A stretch of 60,126 bases of DNA from Microbacterium sp. 13-71-7 (GTDB lineage Bacteria > Actinomycetota > Actinomycetes > Actinomycetales > Microbacteriaceae), in NCBI RefSeq assembly GCF_002257455.1, contig NZ_NCKN01000001.1:1-60126 (forward strand), read 5' to 3'. Shown piece after piece: positions 38,200 to 48,838 of this stretch (positions are counted from its first letter, which is position 1; each line of letters opens with the position of its first letter). Both the position numbers and the translations under genes were made by a program. The notes beneath the pieces were generated by a model. The model made no database searches, was not told the origin of the DNA, and saw nothing but the letters and a program-made list of their open reading frames with translations.

Positions 38200-39342
38200 T
38201 CAGGGCCCGTACGGTGCGAGCGTCTCGGTGATGCGCACCGCGCCGTCGAGCGTGCGCATGGTGAGCCGGAGAGATCCGCGATCGGCCTGGATGTCGATCC
38301 AGGTCGCCGCCTCCGCGGAGGCGGCGTCGAGGTCGGGGCCGCCGGCGACGACCTGCGCATACGGGAATTCCGGGTCGGCAGGGATCAGAGCAGGCTCGTG
38401 CGTGTGGCCTGAGACGATGAGCTGCGCGCCCCAGGCGACGAGTGCGTCGTGCCAGGCGTCTCGGCTCATCCGGCTGAACCAGTCGTAGCCCTCCCGGTCG
38501 TAGTCGGCCGGCGTCTCGTCGATCCATCGCAGCGGGATGTGGCAGAACACGAGGCGGTAGGGGGCATCGCGGATCTCGGGCCGCGCCGTCCCTTCCCTCA
38601 GCCAGCGCGCCTGCTCGGCACGGAGCGGCTCGAAGGCCACCCGGCCGTGGAACGTCGGGTGCGCGTCGGGCTTGTCCTCGCCGGTGTGCAGGAAGACGCA
38701 GGCCACGGGGCCGATCCGCGCGGCGGAGAAGGGGCGCGCGTCGCGGGTGGCGACATACTCCTGCAGTCTGAAGGCCCACTCGCCGCGCACATCGTGGTTG
38801 CCGATCAGCACCTCGAGCGGCCGGTCGGCGCTGATGTCGCGCTGCGCGGGGGAGAGCACGGTGTCCGCGAATCGATCGGGCGTGGTCCAGTCGTTGCAGA
38901 GGTCGCCGTTCCACACCAGCAGGTCCGCGGACGGCGTCTGGTCGTCCAGGGCGCGGATCGTGTCGTCGTGCTGGTGGGTGTCGTTCCAGACGGCGATCCT
39001 TGCGGTCTCGGCGGATCCGTCCAGCAGGCGCACGGTCTTCCACGCGCTCACCTGCCGTACGACCGGATCCGCGACCGAGGCGGTCACCGCCCGCACCTGC
39101 ACGTCGGCGCCGGCAGGAAGCCCGTCCGCGCGTACGCGCAGCACGTGCGCGCTCTGCGGCGTCATGCCGAACGCGTCCATGCGAGCTTCGCCGCGGGCTT
39201 CTCCGGAGCGCCATTCCAGCCATCCGCGGCTGAGTCCCGCCACCGTCCACACCGCCTCGAAGCCGTCGGTGCGGAGCGCCATGATCACCAGCGGGCTCGT
39301 CATGAGAGGCTCGCCGCCGGGAGCCGGAAGCATGTCGGTCAT
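38200..39342 (-). CDS. Calcineurin-like metallophosphoesterase, no signal peptide
   Basis: DTH, NGD, GNHD, CHIP, GHTH motifs; ATGA overlap with the upstream gene. Confidence 0.85.
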   Translation of the reverse strand: MTDMLPAPGGEPLMTSPLVIMALRTDGFEAVWTVAGLSRGWLEWRSGEARGEARMDAFGMTPQSAHVLRVRADGLPAGADVQVRAVTASVADPVVRQVSAWKTVRLLDGSAETARIAVWNDTHQHDDTIRALDDQTPSADLLVWNGDLCNDWTTPDRFADTVLSPAQRDISADRPLEVLIGNHDVRGEWAFRLQEYVATRDARPFSAARIGPVACVFLHTGEDKPDAHPTFHGRVAFEPLRAEQARWLREGTARPEIRDAPYRLVFCHIPLRWIDETPADYDREGYDWFSRMSRDAWHDALVAWGAQLIVSGHTHEPALIPADPEFPYAQVVAGGPDLDAASAEAATWIDIQADRGSLRLTMRTLDGAVRITETLAPYGP

Positions 39343-41459
39343 CGGATCTCCTCGTCGGGGTCGGAGGCGCCGCCGAGGTCCAGGTCGAACCGATAGCGCA
39401 GGTCGTCGTCGAACCACATCCGGAAGTTCGTCCCCCACACGTTATTGTGCAGGTTCACCGCGAAGCCGTCCGAGGGGTCCGGCACCGTGTCCTCGAACCG
39501 CAGCAGGGCGGGGGATCCGACGGCGACGAGCGGCGCGTCGAGCGTGCGGACGCGCACCGGACGCGTCCCGTCACGGTCCACGCTCGTCGCGGCGTGCAGC
39601 GCGCGATTGCCGCGGCTCACCACGTGCCGCGGGTCCACCGCGAGGCCGAGCTTCTGCAGCGTCCACCGGCCGTCGTCCGCGGTTCCGCTCCGGACCGGCC
39701 GGAAGCAGAACCAGCTCGCCTCGGGCAGTCTCGACGCCTCACGCCCGCACACGTCGAGCGCGATCCGGATCGGGCCCGGACCCTGCGGGAAGCAGTATTC
39801 GACCGTGATCCGCGCCGGAGCGCCGGTCTCGGCGACGAGCTCCTCCGGGAGAGTCAGCTCGACGATCGCCGTGTCGGCGCCGTCGTCACCCGTGCTGGTC
39901 CGCAGGCGCTGAACCTCGGGGGCGGTGACGCGGGCGGGCAGCGTCTCCGCGATCGCGAGCCCGGGGCTCGCCTGGTCAGGGATCGCCCAGACTCCGGTGT
40001 CCTCGAGATCGCGGCAGTACTGCTGCAGCCAGCGCTGCTCGTCCCGCTCGTCGAAGGTCTGATGCCGGAACGAACCGAGAGCGTGCTCGGCATCGGCCCA
40101 CACGGAGCCGCGCTCGTCGCGCAGTCCGATGATCGCCCCGTCCGCGCCGAACCGGACGGCGAACCGGCCCAGCCGCACCTCCTCGCCCACGCCGACGGAG
40201 CGACCGGCGGCGTCCTGTCCTGACGTCTCCGCCGGGCGCAGGATCGCCAGGGCGGCTCGCGCCTCCGCGGCGCGCTCCGGGTCCAGGGCGGAGACCGCGG
40301 CATCGAGATGCGCGCGCTGCTCGGCCCAGGATGCCTCGAACCCCGAGTACGTGAGGCCCTGCGGTGACGGATGCTCCGCCCAGGCCCAGTCGTACGCCCG
40401 GGTCTGCGCCGGGTTCGCGGCCGGGTCCACGACGTCCCGCGAGCGGGCCGTGCGGAAGTCGGCCTTGGCGTAGTTGACGTAGTCCGGAAGGTAGGTCTTC
40501 AGATCCTCGCCCCAGGTGTGCTCGGCGATGCGCAGCAGGGCGACGCTGAACCCGTGGTGCTCTGCGGATCCGGGGGTCAGCAGGCCCTCCCGGAGCCACG
40601 TCGTCCGCAGCCGCTGCAGCGCCCCCAGTCCTGCGGTGAGCAGGGGATCGGCGCCCGCGCCGTGGATCCACGTGTCGCCGATCTCCGCGGTCACGACGGG
40701 AAGCTCGCCTCGGTGCGGGAGGAGGGCGCGGGCGAAGTCGTCGAGGCTCGAGGCCACGATCCGCGCTCCCGGGTGCGCGGCGGCGAGGGCGGCGAACAGC
40801 TCCTCCACCTCGGCCGCGGTGGGAGGGCCGTTGTTGTCGCCGGTGTGCGCGAGGTGCAGCGCGTCGGTGCCGCCGGGCACGACGGCGAGGTCGAGCCCCT
40901 CCGATCCGTACGAGCGCGCGTAGTTCACGATGACCTCCGCACCGCCGGGAGCGCGCCACACGAAGAACTCCGGCACGTCGGGCACCGCCGAGGCGCCGTT
41001 GACGCCGAGGTGGAGGTACTCGATCCCGGCCGCGGCCAGCACCGGCACGAGTCCGATGGTGTGCCCCGGCACGTCGGTCATCTTCGCGGCGATCGTGCGG
41101 CGGCCGTACCGGGCGTCGAGGTCTCGGGCGATCGAGACGCCGAAGGCCGCGAGGGTGGGATCCATGAGCTCGGTGTGGGTGGTCAGGGGCAGCCCGTGCC
41201 AGCGGATCCGCCCCGCGCGCACGGCGGCGTCGAGCCGCTCGCGCGCAGCGGGTGAGCCGTTCCGCAGCACGTGGTCGATGAGCCAGGATCCCGTCGTCCA
41301 GACGAATCGGGCGGGGCCTCCGCGGCGGTCGAGCTCCTCGGCGAGATCGATCGCGCGGGGGAGATAGTGCTCGGCGTAGCCGGCGATCACGTCCCGGGCG
41401 AGGGCGGTGAAGCCGATGTCGAGGTGGGTCTTGAAGACGACATGGATCGTGCCGATCAT
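39339..41459 (-). CDS. DUF5054-like protein, putative glycoside hydrolase with GH38/57-like N-terminus
   Basis: VVFKTHLDIGFT, TDVPGHT, EHTWG, NLHNNVWGTNFRMW. Confidence 0.7.
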   Translation of the reverse strand: MIGTIHVVFKTHLDIGFTALARDVIAGYAEHYLPRAIDLAEELDRRGGPARFVWTTGSWLIDHVLRNGSPAARERLDAAVRAGRIRWHGLPLTTHTELMDPTLAAFGVSIARDLDARYGRRTIAAKMTDVPGHTIGLVPVLAAAGIEYLHLGVNGASAVPDVPEFFVWRAPGGAEVIVNYARSYGSEGLDLAVVPGGTDALHLAHTGDNNGPPTAAEVEELFAALAAAHPGARIVASSLDDFARALLPHRGELPVVTAEIGDTWIHGAGADPLLTAGLGALQRLRTTWLREGLLTPGSAEHHGFSVALLRIAEHTWGEDLKTYLPDYVNYAKADFRTARSRDVVDPAANPAQTRAYDWAWAEHPSPQGLTYSGFEASWAEQRAHLDAAVSALDPERAAEARAALAILRPAETSGQDAAGRSVGVGEEVRLGRFAVRFGADGAIIGLRDERGSVWADAEHALGSFRHQTFDERDEQRWLQQYCRDLEDTGVWAIPDQASPGLAIAETLPARVTAPEVQRLRTSTGDDGADTAIVELTLPEELVAETGAPARITVEYCFPQGPGPIRIALDVCGREASRLPEASWFCFRPVRSGTADDGRWTLQKLGLAVDPRHVVSRGNRALHAATSVDRDGTRPVRVRTLDAPLVAVGSPALLRFEDTVPDPSDGFAVNLHNNVWGTNFRMWFDDDLRYRFDLDLGGASDPDEEIR

Positions 41460-41541
41460 GAGGAGGTCTTTCTGAGTCGGGGCTGTCGGCGGAGGAGGAG
41501 CGGGATCCGCCCGGTCGATGCGGCGCGGGCCGCCCTGAGGA

Positions 41542-41583
41542 CGCCCGTTCCGGGCCCACCATCAGGCGGGCCCGGAACAGGCG
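41542..41583 (-). terminator. Hairpin downstream of GH5 (terminator or mRNA stabiliser)
   Basis: 19-bp arms; both mismatches are G-U pairs on the minus-strand transcript. Confidence 0.6.
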
Positions 41584-41588
41584 CCGGA

Positions 41589-43529
41589 TCACTGCAGGGG
41601 CTTGCAGAGCAGTGCGCTCGGCACACCGCCCTGGACGCGCTGGTAGGTGTAGGCGATTCCGGCGAGGTACTCGCCATCGGCGCACTGCCCCTTGAAGTGT
41701 CCGGGAGCCCAGTCGCTCGCCGTGGATCCGCCGCCCGCGGGCCGATTGTCGGCCTGATCGAACCAGACGGTCCGCCCGGCGTTCACCGGCAGCGGGCTCG
41801 TGCTCGGAGCGCACAGCAGCTTCGAGGCGGCCCACCGGTTGGTCGTTCCGATGGTCAGGCTGAACCCGACGGCCATCTGTCCCGCGGCGCACTGCAGCTT
41901 GCTGTAGCCGCCGGCCCAGTCCTGCTGCACGTTCGCCTCGTTCGCGACGATGTTCCGCGCGGTCGTGGTGGCCGGCTGCCGGGCGTCGGTGCAGAGCCCG
42001 CGGTCGATGCTGCGCGACACGCCCTGCAGTCGTTCCGTGTCTGGGCAGACGCCCTTCCACTGGCCCGGATCCCAGTCCGGGCGATCCTGCATGAGTGCCG
42101 AGGCGTTCGTGTCGGGCAGGTAGCTGTTGCTGCCGAGCATGTTCCATCGGGTCTCGACGGGCACCTGCCCGGTTCTGCCGGCGCTCGTCACGAGCTTCTG
42201 CCAGCCGGCGTACCGCCAGTCGTCGGCGATGCTGATCCTGCTGCCGTCCGGACGATAGCCGAGGAGCGCGAAGCTGTCGGCGAACGCCCCCGACGCATCG
42301 GCCTGGGTGACCAGCGGCCAGGCGGCGAAGTCGGTGTCGTTCGCGACGAGGAGATCGGTGAAGCTGTTCCACCAGGCGATCTCCTTCTGATCGGTCTGAC
42401 CGGCGCCGCGGGTGCCGAACTCGCTCACCCAGACCGGGGCCGTGTAGTGCTGGCCCGGCGTCGTGACGAACAGTGCCTCCTGGCGCACCGCGTCCGCGAG
42501 CTGCGTCGCCGTCATGTCGCGATAGCGCAGATCGTGCGTCTCGCCCAGGCCCGTGGCCCCTGTGTGCTGCGGACCGGTGAATCCGTACACGTGCGCCGAG
42601 TACACGAGCTTGTCGGGACGCAGGATCGTGTTCGAGATGTTCGCGACCGGCTTGAGCATCGGCCGGTCGTGGTACACGCCGTCCAGCGGCACGCCCTGCC
42701 AGTTGATGCCCTCCATGATCACCAGGACGTCGGGGTTGACGCGCTGGATCGCGATCGCCGCCTGCTGATACGCCTTGTAGAGGTCGTTGCCGTCGCCGCC
42801 GCCCCAGTTCGCGTCGTCCATCAGATCGCGGCGCACCTCGTTGCGCAGATCCATGCCGACGACCCGAGGGTTCCCGCGGTACCGCTCGGTGAGCGCCACC
42901 CAGTCCGAGACCCACTTCTCGGTGGTCTGGCTGCTGTACCACTTCGTGTTGCCGTCATCGTGGCTGCAGCACCAGCGCGATGTCGTGGTGTGGTTGTTCA
43001 GGATCACCGCGAACCCCTCCGCGGTGAGTGCCGCGACCACGGCATCGAACACCTGGAGCGGCGTCTTCCCGCGCAGCTGCGGGTTCGCGGTGACCGCCGC
43101 ATCCGGCACGGGCGCGGTCATGCCGAGCATCTCGTTCGAGAAGGGCAGGCGGACGCTGTTGATCCCGAGCGAATGGAAGTCGCTCAGCAGCGTCGGCAAC
43201 GCCACCCGGTCCAGCCCCATCGGGATGTCGTAGCTGTCCCCGCTGTTGTGATTGGCGGGATCGTCCTTCGACCCGCTCCCGTTCCAATGGCCCTGCGCCC
43301 CGTCCCAGTTCGCCGACATGAGCTTGAAGCGGTCTCCGTCGGCGTCCACCACGTACCGCCCGCGCGTACTCAGCGGCGCGGTCCACGATCCGGCGAGCTC
43401 GGCACCGGTGAGCGGGGGGATGAGCGCGGGGCGCGTCTGCGCCGCCGCAGGGATCGGTGCTGCCAGTCCCGCCGCCAGCACTCCGGCGCTGAGCACCGTG
43501 ACCAGCCGCTTCCATCGTCGTCGTTGCAT
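41589..43529 (-). CDS. Secreted GH5 glycoside hydrolase with Cys-rich C-terminal module (possible beta-1,6-galactanase-like)
   Basis: Signal peptide MQRRRWKR...PAAA; NSVRLPFS, LNNH, DLRNE (acid/base), WVSEFG (nucleophile); AAGGAG RBS. Confidence 0.82.
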   Translation of the reverse strand: MQRRRWKRLVTVLSAGVLAAGLAAPIPAAAQTRPALIPPLTGAELAGSWTAPLSTRGRYVVDADGDRFKLMSANWDGAQGHWNGSGSKDDPANHNSGDSYDIPMGLDRVALPTLLSDFHSLGINSVRLPFSNEMLGMTAPVPDAAVTANPQLRGKTPLQVFDAVVAALTAEGFAVILNNHTTTSRWCCSHDDGNTKWYSSQTTEKWVSDWVALTERYRGNPRVVGMDLRNEVRRDLMDDANWGGGDGNDLYKAYQQAAIAIQRVNPDVLVIMEGINWQGVPLDGVYHDRPMLKPVANISNTILRPDKLVYSAHVYGFTGPQHTGATGLGETHDLRYRDMTATQLADAVRQEALFVTTPGQHYTAPVWVSEFGTRGAGQTDQKEIAWWNSFTDLLVANDTDFAAWPLVTQADASGAFADSFALLGYRPDGSRISIADDWRYAGWQKLVTSAGRTGQVPVETRWNMLGSNSYLPDTNASALMQDRPDWDPGQWKGVCPDTERLQGVSRSIDRGLCTDARQPATTTARNIVANEANVQQDWAGGYSKLQCAAGQMAVGFSLTIGTTNRWAASKLLCAPSTSPLPVNAGRTVWFDQADNRPAGGGSTASDWAPGHFKGQCADGEYLAGIAYTYQRVQGGVPSALLCKPLQ

Positions 43530-43613
43530 GGATCGAACTCCTTTGTCATCGTCCATCGGAATGTGCTTCTCCGGGGCGCCCGCGCCTGTCGTCGACGCGG
43601 CTCCCCTCCGGAT

Positions 43614-43697
43614 TGGCAACGTAAACACGACCGTTGCGGAATCGTGAGTTGTTTACGTAACCATAGTGTGCCTATAGTGCCTTTGGTAACGCAAACA
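43614..43697. promoter_or_regulatory. Three LacI-type operators in a divergent promoter region
   Basis: TGGCAACGTAAACA (43614), TGTTTACGTAACCA (43650), TGGTAACGCAAACA (43684); an identical copy of the first lies at 49882. Confidence 0.8.
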
Positions 43698-43719
43698 ATC
43701 ACGAGGAAGTGAGACACGG

Positions 43720-44613
43720 ATGTCGATCGCGATGACGCGGCTCCGACGCTCCCGCCGGTCCTGGGCGGGCTGGTGGTTCGTCGGTCCCTTCATGCTCGTG
43801 TTCGCGCTGGTGCTCATCGCACCGCTGCTCTACGCGATCTATCTCAGCCTGTTCCGCGACTCCCTCATCGGCGGCACGCACTTCGTCGGACTGGAGAACT
43901 ACGCGACCGCGATCGTCGACCCGAAGTTCTGGGACGCGACGGGTCGCGTCGTCCTGTTCCTGTGCGTGCAGGTGCCGATCATGCTGGCCCTCGCGCTCCT
44001 GGCGGCGCTCGCCCTGGACAGCGCCCGACTGCGCTTCGTCCCGCTGTACCGGCTGAGCATCTTCCTCCCGTACGCCGTGCCCGGCGTCGTGGCGGTCATG
44101 ATCTGGGGGTACATGTACGGCGACCAGTTCGGTCTCGTCGCCGATCTGAACCGCTGGCTCGGCGACGTCGTGCCCTCGCCCCTGTCGGAGAGCTTCATCC
44201 TGCCCGCGATCGGCAACATCGTGACCTGGGAGTTCGTGGGCTACAACATGCTGATCTTCTTCTCCGCGCTCCAGGCCGTTCCGCAGGAGCAGTACGAGGC
44301 TGCGGAGATCGACGGCGCCGGGGCGCTGCGCACGGTCTTCAGCATCAAGCTCCCGGCCATCCGCGGCGCGATCGTCGTGGCGACGATCTTCTCCATCATC
44401 GGCAGCTTCCAGCTCTTCAACGAGCCCGCCGTGCTGCAGAAGATCGCGCCGAACGCGATCTCCAGCTACTTCACGCCGAACATGTACGCCTTCAACCTGT
44501 CCTTCGCCGGATCCCAGTTCAACTACGCGGCCGCGATCGCGATCATCTCCGGCGTGATCACGATGATCATCGCGTTCTTCGCGCAGTCCATGGGTTCGAA
44601 GGAGCAGAAGTGA
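43720..44613 (+). CDS. Sugar ABC transporter permease
   Basis: YEAAEIDGAG, FQLFNEP. Confidence 0.9.
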   Translation: MSIAMTRLRRSRRSWAGWWFVGPFMLVFALVLIAPLLYAIYLSLFRDSLIGGTHFVGLENYATAIVDPKFWDATGRVVLFLCVQVPIMLALALLAALALDSARLRFVPLYRLSIFLPYAVPGVVAVMIWGYMYGDQFGLVADLNRWLGDVVPSPLSESFILPAIGNIVTWEFVGYNMLIFFSALQAVPQEQYEAAEIDGAGALRTVFSIKLPAIRGAIVVATIFSIIGSFQLFNEPAVLQKIAPNAISSYFTPNMYAFNLSFAGSQFNYAAAIAIISGVITMIIAFFAQSMGSKEQK

Positions 44614-45584
44614 TGAGTGTCGTCTCGAACAGCGCGGAGCAGCTGAGCACCGAAGCGGTCGTCACCGGCCGGCGCCCGAGCCGTCTCGCGAGCGGGCGCG
44701 TCCAGGGCCGGGCTCCGCGACGCGGGGTCCGCCGCCCGGCGCGCCGGACGCGAACCTCGATCACCCTGATGATCGTCATGACCCTGATGCTGCTCTACAG
44801 CCTGGGGCCGCTGTTCTGGCTCGTGGTGAACTCGACCAAGTCGCGGCAGGACCTCTATGACACGTCGGGCCTGTGGTTCGGGCCGAGGTTCTCGCTGTTC
44901 ACGAACATCGCCGACGTCTTCGGCTACGACGACGGCGTCTTCCTGCGCTGGTTCCTGAACACGGTGCTGTACGTGGTCGTCGGCGCCGGCGGGGCGACGC
45001 TCCTGGCCACGCTCGCGGGCTACGGGCTCGCGAAGTACCGGTTCCCCGGGCGCAGGGCGGTGTTCGCGATCATCCTCGGTGCACTCGCCATCCCCGGATC
45101 CGTGCTCGCCGTGCCGCAGTTCCTGCTGTTCAGCAAGCTGGGCCTCACGAACACGCCCGCGGCGGTGATCATCCCGTCGCTCGTGAGCGCCTTCGGCCTG
45201 TATCTGGTGTGGGTCTACGCGGCCGAGGCGATCCCCGACGAACTCATCGAGGCCGCCCGTCTGGACGGCGCGGGGGAGTTGCGGATCTTCTTCTCGATCT
45301 CGCTGCGCCAGCTCGCCCCCGCCTTCATCACCGTGCTGATGTTCGCGGTCGTCGCCACCTGGAACAACTACTTCCTGCCTCTCATCATGCTCTCCAGCCC
45401 CGAGTGGTACCCGCTCACGGTCGGGCTCAGTCAGTGGGCATCCGCCTCGGCCTCGATCGGCACGCAACCGATCCCGCAGCTGGTCATCACCGGTTCGCTG
45501 CTGACGGTGCTGCCCATCTCCGCCGCCTTCCTCTACCTGCAGCGCTACTGGCAGTCCGGCCTCTCCGCCGGAAGCGTCAAATGA
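44613..45584 (+). CDS. Sugar ABC transporter permease
   Basis: TGATG overlap; LIEAARLDGAGE, WNNYFLP. Confidence 0.9.
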   Translation: MSVVSNSAEQLSTEAVVTGRRPSRLASGRVQGRAPRRGVRRPARRTRTSITLMIVMTLMLLYSLGPLFWLVVNSTKSRQDLYDTSGLWFGPRFSLFTNIADVFGYDDGVFLRWFLNTVLYVVVGAGGATLLATLAGYGLAKYRFPGRRAVFAIILGALAIPGSVLAVPQFLLFSKLGLTNTPAAVIIPSLVSAFGLYLVWVYAAEAIPDELIEAARLDGAGELRIFFSISLRQLAPAFITVLMFAVVATWNNYFLPLIMLSSPEWYPLTVGLSQWASASASIGTQPIPQLVITGSLLTVLPISAAFLYLQRYWQSGLSAGSVK

Positions 45585-45660
45585 CGACGGCGCCTCGCTC
45601 TCCGCATCGCATTCCCTCCGCACGCACGACCCTGCATCACCTCCTCGAAAGGACCCCGCA

Positions 45661-46980
45661 GTGAAGAAGAACATCTGGATGCGCGCCGCCGTCGTCGTCG
45701 GCGCAGCCTCACTCATGATGGGCGCCCTCGCGGGCTGCCAGAGCGGCAGCGACGCCGCCTCGGGCGGCTCGAAGGCCGACATCGACGCCGCGCTCAAGAA
45801 GGGCGGCGAGCTCACCTGGTGGACCTGGAGCGACTCGACCCAGGACCAGGCCGACGCGTTCACCAAGGCGCACCCGAACGTGAAGATCAAGGTCGTCAAG
45901 CTGGACAACCCCGACGCGGCCGTGACCAAGCTGCAGAACGCCGTCAAGGCGGGATCGGGCGCTCCCGACATCGTTCCGGTGGAGTATCAGACCATGCCGC
46001 AGCTGACGATGGCCGGTGCGCTCGCCGACATGACCTCGTTCGGCTTCGACGGCTACAAGGACCAGTTCACGGCGTCGACGTGGAACTCCGTCACCGTGAA
46101 CGGCAAGCTCGTCGGGATCCCGATGGACTCCGGCCCCATGGTCTTCATCTACAACAAGGACGTCTACGCGGCCGCGGGCATCACCGAGGCGCCGAAGACC
46201 TGGGACGAGTTCGTCAAGGACAGCGCAGCGATCCACGCGAAGGATCCCAGCACCTACATCGCGACCGGCGGCGACGCCGGCTTCTTCACCAGCATGATCT
46301 GGGCGTCCGGCGGGCACCCCTTCGCCGTGGACGGCGAGAAGGTCACGATCAACCTGCAGGACGAGGGCAGCAAGAAGTTCGCCGACACGTGGGGCGGCAT
46401 GCTGCAGCGCGGTGAACTCTCGCCATTGGCCACGTGGTCGGACGAGTGGAGCAAGGCGCTGAACCAGGACAAGCTCGCGACGCTGATGATGGGCTCCTGG
46501 ATGATCTCAGGCATGGACGACCACGGCGCGGGGAAGTGGCAGGTCGCGCCGATGCCGACCTGGGACGGCACTCCCGGATCCGCCGAGAACGGCGGCAGCG
46601 GCCTGAGCGTCACCGATCAGAGCAAGAACAAGGCGCTCGCCGCGGCGGTGCTGCAGTTCATGGCCGATGGCGCGGGCCGTGATCTCATCAACAAGAACGG
46701 CTTCCCGTCGACGGTCAAGGAGTTCGACAACCCGGAGTGGGCGAACATGACCTTCAAGGCCTACGGCGACCAGAAGCCGAACCCGATCGGCGCCGACTCG
46801 GCGAAGTCGGTCATCACCGGATGGCAGTACCTCCCGTACCAGGGCTACGCCAACAACGTCTTCGGCGACTCGGTCGGCAAGGCCATCGGCGCCAAGGGAG
46901 ACCTCAACACGGCGCTGCAGGAGTGGCAGAAGACGCTCGTCGACTACGGCAACGCCCAGGGATTCAAGGTCAACAAGTAG
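45661..46980 (+). CDS. Sugar ABC transporter substrate-binding lipoprotein
   Basis: Lipobox LAGC; GAPDI, P.DSGPM, AENGGS. Confidence 0.9.
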   Translation: MKKNIWMRAAVVVGAASLMMGALAGCQSGSDAASGGSKADIDAALKKGGELTWWTWSDSTQDQADAFTKAHPNVKIKVVKLDNPDAAVTKLQNAVKAGSGAPDIVPVEYQTMPQLTMAGALADMTSFGFDGYKDQFTASTWNSVTVNGKLVGIPMDSGPMVFIYNKDVYAAAGITEAPKTWDEFVKDSAAIHAKDPSTYIATGGDAGFFTSMIWASGGHPFAVDGEKVTINLQDEGSKKFADTWGGMLQRGELSPLATWSDEWSKALNQDKLATLMMGSWMISGMDDHGAGKWQVAPMPTWDGTPGSAENGGSGLSVTDQSKNKALAAAVLQFMADGAGRDLINKNGFPSTVKEFDNPEWANMTFKAYGDQKPNPIGADSAKSVITGWQYLPYQGYANNVFGDSVGKAIGAKGDLNTALQEWQKTLVDYGNAQGFKVNK

Positions 46981-46994
46981 CCGACCGCTGTTCC

Positions 46995-47030
46995 GGGGTG
47001 CGGGGGCCGCCGACGCGGTTCCCGCACCCC
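46995..47030 (+). terminator. GC-rich hairpin after the binding-protein gene
   Basis: GGGGTGCGGGGGCCGC-CGAC-GCGGTTCCCGCACCCC. Confidence 0.6.
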
Positions 47031-47079
47031 TCCTTCGGCGCAGCCCGACGCCGATCCCTCGAGACCCCCGGAGCCCCTC

Positions 47080-48831
47080 ATGCCCGCCTTCACCATCGGC
47101 GAGACCGACTTCCTGCTCGACGGAGCACCGTTCCAGGTGATCTCCGGGGCGATGCACTACTTCCGCATCCACCCGGATCAGTGGGAGGACCGGCTGCGCA
47201 CGGCCCGGCAGATGGGGCTCAACACGATCGAGACCTATGTCCCGTGGAACTCGCACGAGCAGCGTCGCGGCGAGTTCACCGCGACCGGTGGTCTGGATCT
47301 GGGCCGCTTCCTGGACCTCGTGCAGGCCCACGGCATGTTCGCGATCGTGCGCCCCGGCCCCTACATCTGCGCCGAGTGGCACAACGGAGGGCTGCCGGAA
47401 TGGCTCATCGAGGACGGCACGATCGCCGTGCGATCACGGGATCCGCGGTACCTCGCCGAGGTCGAGCGCTACCTCCAGGCGGTCTACGAGATCGTGCGGC
47501 CCCGGCAGATCGTGCATGGCGGCGGCGTGATCCTGGTGCAGATCGAGAACGAGTACGGCGCGTACGGATCGGACAAGACCTATCTGCGCGCGCTCATGGA
47601 CCTCACCCGCGCGGCGGGGGTCGAGGTGCCGCTGACCACGGTCGATCAGCCCACGGACGCGATGCTCGAGGACGGCACCCTCCCGGAGCTGCACAGCACG
47701 GCGTCGTTCGGATCGCGTGCGCCGGAGCGCCTGGCCGCGCTGCGCCGGCATCAGCCTCGGGGGCCGCTCATGTGCGCCGAGTTCTGGTGCGGCTGGTTCG
47801 ACAGCTGGGGCGAGCCGCACCACACCACGTCTGCGGCCGACAGCGCGGCCGAGCTCGAGGCGATTCTCGCGGCGGGTGCGAGCGTGAACATCTACATGGT
47901 GCACGGCGGCACCAACTTCGGCTACAGCGCCGGCGCCAACGACAAGGGCTTCTACCGGCCGATCGCGACGTCGTACGACTACGACGCTCCGATCGCGGAG
48001 GACGGCACCCCCACGGAGAAGTACTGGGCGTTCCGTGAGGTGATCGCGGCGCACGCGCCGGTGCCGGACGACCGCCCCGCACCGCGCGCACCGGCGCGGG
48101 TCCTGGAGGCGCCGCTCCTCCGCGTCGTCGCACTCGCCGACGCGGAGCTGGAGCGCTGGAGCGAACACGACACGGCTCCCGTGGCCACGGCGTTCGGATC
48201 TCCGCGCGGATACTCCCGGTACGCCGTCCATGTTCCGCACGGCGGCGTGCTCACCGTGGGGGAGGTGCGCGATCGCGCGCATGTGACGCTCGACGGCCTG
48301 CCGGTCGGGATTCTGGATCGCGAGGCGCACGATCGCGTGCTCGCGCTGCCCTCGGGCGGGGAGCTGTCGATCCTCGTCGAGCATCTGGGCGGCGTGAACT
48401 ACGGCTCCCGCATCGGCGAGGCCAAGGGGCTGATCGGCCCCGTGCGCCTGGACGGGGAGGAGCTGCGCGGATGGCGCGCCGCACCCCTCGAGCTCACGGC
48501 GGACGAGATCCGCGATGCGCTCGATACGCGGGGGATCGCGCTGTCCGCGGGCGCACCCGTCGGCGGGCCGGTCCTGCTCGGCGGACGCTTCGAGGCCGAT
48601 CCCACGGGCGATCTTCACCTCGACGTGCGCGGCTGGGGGGCCGGTGCGGTCTGGATCAACGGCTTCGCGCTCGGCCGCTACTGGGCCAGGGGGCCGCAGG
48701 AGACCCTGTACGTCCCCGCGCCCGTGCTGCGCGATGACGGCAACGAGCTCCTGGTGCTGGAGCTGCGCGGGGCGGAGCGGCCCACGGCCCGGTTCGTGGC
48801 GGAGCCCCGGCTCGGCCCGACCGAGTTCTGA
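47080..48831 (+). CDS. GH35 beta-galactosidase
   Basis: SGAMHYFR, RPGPYICAEW, QIENEYG, YMVHGGTNFG, TSYDYDAP. Confidence 0.94.
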   Translation: MPAFTIGETDFLLDGAPFQVISGAMHYFRIHPDQWEDRLRTARQMGLNTIETYVPWNSHEQRRGEFTATGGLDLGRFLDLVQAHGMFAIVRPGPYICAEWHNGGLPEWLIEDGTIAVRSRDPRYLAEVERYLQAVYEIVRPRQIVHGGGVILVQIENEYGAYGSDKTYLRALMDLTRAAGVEVPLTTVDQPTDAMLEDGTLPELHSTASFGSRAPERLAALRRHQPRGPLMCAEFWCGWFDSWGEPHHTTSAADSAAELEAILAAGASVNIYMVHGGTNFGYSAGANDKGFYRPIATSYDYDAPIAEDGTPTEKYWAFREVIAAHAPVPDDRPAPRAPARVLEAPLLRVVALADAELERWSEHDTAPVATAFGSPRGYSRYAVHVPHGGVLTVGEVRDRAHVTLDGLPVGILDREAHDRVLALPSGGELSILVEHLGGVNYGSRIGEAKGLIGPVRLDGEELRGWRAAPLELTADEIRDALDTRGIALSAGAPVGGPVLLGGRFEADPTGDLHLDVRGWGAGAVWINGFALGRYWARGPQETLYVPAPVLRDDGNELLVLELRGAERPTARFVAEPRLGPTEF

Positions 48832-48838
48832 CGTGCGA